Positions 59,651 to 62,005 of a stretch of DNA of 62,005 nt are shown here, piece after piece. Under the pieces are notes generated by a model. It was not told the DNA's origin. It did no database searches and worked only from the letters and a program-made list of their open reading frames with translations. The translations under genes were made by a program, and so were the position numbers. The number at the start of each line of letters is the position of its first letter. Within the stretch, counting starts at the first letter, position 1. The stretch is from the NCBI GenBank assembly GCA_041738985.1, contig JBGSOR010000201.1, forward strand, positions 1 through 62,005, written 5' to 3'. Source of the stretch: Chromatiaceae bacterium (lineage in GTDB: Bacteria > Pseudomonadota > Gammaproteobacteria > Chromatiales > Chromatiaceae).

Positions 59651-59764
59651 GGCCGCCATGGCCTGCACGCGGCATGGTTGCGGGCGGCATCCATGAACGA
59701 TAGGCAAGCCCTGACGCCCCAGCGTGGTGTCCGGGTCCGTGCCGTCTCACCCGAGGAGTCTGAA

Positions 59765-60406
59765 ATGATTACCGTCAGCCTGCGTATGAAGCTCGATCAG
59801 ACCCCGCTGAAGCGGGTCCCCGTCTCCCTGTGTCTGGATGCGGACGGACACTGTACCCCGCCGGTGCACACCGACCGCGAGGGCCGTGCGCGCTTCGACA
59901 TCCCCGAGGCCAGTGGTAAGGTTCTGGTCGACGGGGTGGAGCGCTACCACGGGCGCCTGGCGGGGGAGGTCCAAGTGGAGCTGTGGTCCATCACGCAAGC
60001 CCCCAACGACTCCCAGGGGCTGGCCGGTCATATGCCCATGGGCAGTAACGCCTATCCCAACATGCAGACGCGTACCCTGGAGGTCGACGGGCGTCCGGTG
60101 TTGACCGACGGCGAAGGTTATCTCGTGAATCCGGCGGACTGGTCGGAGTCTTTCGTGCGCACGCTGGCGGCGGCGGAAGGGTTGACCCTCGCTGACCCCC
60201 ACTGGGAGCTGGTCCGCTACCTGCGGGAGCATTTCGCCCGGGCCGGGACCCAGGCCACGGTGCGGGACATGGTCCGGCACTTCAGCAAAGTCTGGGGCCG
60301 GGAGGCGGGCAGCAGCGCCAGTCTGCATCGGCTCTTTCCTCGCGGTGGCCCACAGAAGCAAGGCAACCGGCTTGCCGGACTGCTCCGTACCAAGGGGGAG
60401 CATTAG
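59765..60406 (+). CDS. DsrC/TusE-family protein with N-terminal extension, lacking C-terminal Cys
   Basis: GAGGAG RBS; TDGEGYLVNP.DWSE..A..EG.TL..HWELV.YLR, LHRLFP.GGP.KQ..RLAGL. Confidence 0.82.
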   Translation: MITVSLRMKLDQTPLKRVPVSLCLDADGHCTPPVHTDREGRARFDIPEASGKVLVDGVERYHGRLAGEVQVELWSITQAPNDSQGLAGHMPMGSNAYPNMQTRTLEVDGRPVLTDGEGYLVNPADWSESFVRTLAAAEGLTLADPHWELVRYLREHFARAGTQATVRDMVRHFSKVWGREAGSSASLHRLFPRGGPQKQGNRLAGLLRTKGEH

Positions 60407-60414
60407 AGTGCGGT

Positions 60415-60428
60415 TTGATTCGGGTCAA
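60415..60428. promoter_or_regulatory. FNR/DNR-like box between convergent genes
   Basis: TTGAT-TCGG-GTCAA (1 mismatch). Confidence 0.45.
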
Positions 60429-60541
60429 GGTGACTGGACAAACACGATGTCAATTTCATCTGACAGTCACCACCGGCCAAGGGTCAGAGCCATGCAGCGT
60501 CTGGCAGGTTGCAGGGATAGCGGCCCGGAACCGCCGAGTGT

Positions 60542-60979
60542 TCAGAGGTTGGCCACCTGGGTCGCGAGCTCCGCGGCCCGCGTCGGCAGGGCACCATCAG
60601 CCATGGGGTAGAGCACGCGCTCCTCCTTGTAGTTGTGCTGCTGGATCAGGAAGTGCAGGGTCTCGATGATCCCCAGATAGGCCGCCTGGTCGCGGGCCAC
60701 AATGGTCTCGTCCAGGTCCGCAAGCAGGGCTCGCATCTGTGCATGTTCCGCGACCATGATCTGGATTGGCTGCTCGGCCACCTTGAAGACCTGGGCCACG
60801 GCGGGAAACAGGGTCTCCTCCTCCAGGGTGAAGTGCCGGTCAAGCGCCACGCTAAGCTCGCGCGCCGCCAGCCCGGCGGCTGACCAGTCCTGGGTGCCGA
60901 CGCGGCGTTCGGCTTCCGCCAGCAACCGGTCACAGCGGTGATGATCGTCCGTGAATGAATCAGTGATGGCTGAGGTCAT
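60542..60979 (-). CDS. Hemerythrin (HHE) domain protein
   Basis: DHHRCD, HFTLEEETLFP, EHAQMR, HNYKEERVLYP. Confidence 0.9.
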   Translation of the reverse strand: MTSAITDSFTDDHHRCDRLLAEAERRVGTQDWSAAGLAARELSVALDRHFTLEEETLFPAVAQVFKVAEQPIQIMVAEHAQMRALLADLDETIVARDQAAYLGIIETLHFLIQQHNYKEERVLYPMADGALPTRAAELATQVANL

Positions 60980-61044
60980 GAGCGCCTTGGTCCGATGTGG
61001 GTGGAAAGCAGCTGCGATACTGGCCGCCGCGACCGACCCAAGCG

Positions 61045-61058
61045 TTGATCTGGGTCAA
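61045..61058. promoter_or_regulatory. FNR/DNR box upstream of hemerythrin gene
   Basis: TTGAT-CTGG-GTCAA, about 65 bp upstream of the ATG. Confidence 0.72.
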
Positions 61059-61103
61059 CTCAGAACCTTCGGATGGCGGCCTTGGGCGCGCTCCCCCGCC
61101 CCC

Positions 61104-61823
61104 CTAACGCCCCTGCCCACACGCAACCTCACTGGGCGCAGCACCCAACTCCCCCGTACCTGCTTCCTCCGCCAACACACTCAATGTTGCGCGATCCAGG
61201 ATCGTGATGTGGGCGCCGTGGACGCTGATGACCGCGTCGTCGGCCAGGTGCTTGATGACCCGCGAGAAGGTCTCGGGTTGCACGGACAGACGCGAGGCCA
61301 GCACCCCTTTGCGCACGTCCAGGGCAAAAGCGCGCCGGTCCTCCGGGCAATGGGCAAGCAGGTAGCGGGCGACCCGACTCTTGGCGGTGTGCAGTGTGAG
61401 GTTGTCGATCTCCCCGATCAGCCCCCGCAGGCGGCGGCTCAGGGCTCCCATGATAACGAAGCAGGTGTCCACGGACTCGCGCAGCGTGGCGGCGAAGTCC
61501 CGGGCGTCGATCGCGATCAGGACGGTGGGGGCCAGGGCCGCCGCGCACACCGGGTAGCGGGGGGCGTTGAGGAACATCAGGGCCTCGGCGAAGGTCTGGC
61601 CCGGGGAGACGATCTCGATGACCTTCTCGGCCCCGTCCGGAGCGAGACGAAAGAGCCGCATTTGGCCCGACTCCACCAGATAGAAGCAGCGCGCCGGGTC
61701 ACCCTGACTGAAGAGCCATTGCCCCTCGTCCCGGGTGTGGCGGACGGCATGCGCGACGACCCGCTGCAGTTGCGCGTCGCTGAGCTCGGACAACAGGGGT
61801 GTAGCCCGCAAACTGTCGATCAT
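61104..61823 (-). CDS. Crp/Fnr family regulator, DNR-like
   Basis: LFSQGDPA..FY.V.SG, GQTFAEALMF, YPV.A.AL, LASRLSVQPETFSR; lacks the N-terminal Cys cluster of FNR. Confidence 0.9.
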   Translation of the reverse strand: MIDSLRATPLLSELSDAQLQRVVAHAVRHTRDEGQWLFSQGDPARCFYLVESGQMRLFRLAPDGAEKVIEIVSPGQTFAEALMFLNAPRYPVCAAALAPTVLIAIDARDFAATLRESVDTCFVIMGALSRRLRGLIGEIDNLTLHTAKSRVARYLLAHCPEDRRAFALDVRKGVLASRLSVQPETFSRVIKHLADDAVISVHGAHITILDRATLSVLAEEAGTGELGAAPSEVACGQGR

Positions 61824-62005
61824 CGGTCTCTCCGCGTAAGACGGCCGGTCGGCGGGTACCCAGCGCCAGCCGGGCGATGCGGCAGTCTAACCAGGGTCAC
61901 CGCGTAAGGCGCGGAAAAGTCCGCGGCGCGCGCCCGGACCCGGGTTCACCCCAGGGTCAGTGAGACCCGGCGATAGCGCCAGGCGGCCGCGGCGATCAGG
62001 CCGAA

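Noticed and set aside
59009-59764. Long N-terminal extension of the DsrC-like ORF
   Set aside because: Overlaps minus-strand genes and the FNR box; RBS supports a start at 59765
60424-60434. NorR site GTCA-N3-TGAC
   Set aside because: Single short match with no sigma54 promoter or NorR gene nearby
1-62005. CRISPR array, prophage, IS elements
   Set aside because: No repeat-spacer periodicity, cas, phage or transposase genes seen

Overview
GC-rich proteobacterial chromosome segment. A purple-sulfur or sulfur-oxidising gammaproteobacterium is plausible but is only an inference. Bases 1-25.6 kb are mostly housekeeping: DUF2130, a DARS-like DnaA-box triplet, tRNA-Arg(ACG), SRAP, mazG, ispG, a MacAB-like ABC exporter, a DEAD-box helicase, queC-queD-queE (QueD has three fused domains) and sufBCD-sufT. 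About 25.7-58.4 kb is an accessory block that looks less GC-rich by eye. It encodes a divergent cytoplasm-facing nitrate/nitrite oxidoreductase (narGHJI-like, with NXR-like signatures) whose gamma subunit is fused to a di-heme cytochrome c. It also encodes a TDT transporter, a second molybdoenzyme, NarK, two paralogous DUF59-fusion proteins, Moco genes, an orphan sigma54 activator with a degenerate receiver domain, and a DAB-type inorganic carbon pump with a PII-like protein. Five transcription units in this block start with a sigma54 -24/-12 promoter. They share three copies of an identically spaced tandem 17-bp site pair (TGRGACA-N3-TGTCYCA, 15-bp gap). This suggests a self-contained regulon linking nitrite/nitrate redox to Moco supply and CO2 uptake, possibly a nitrite-oxidation/autotrophy module. 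The window ends in an FNR/DNR-box-marked nitrosative-stress cluster. moaB and dabA are frameshifted or split as given. Family calls come from recognising motifs, not from database searches.
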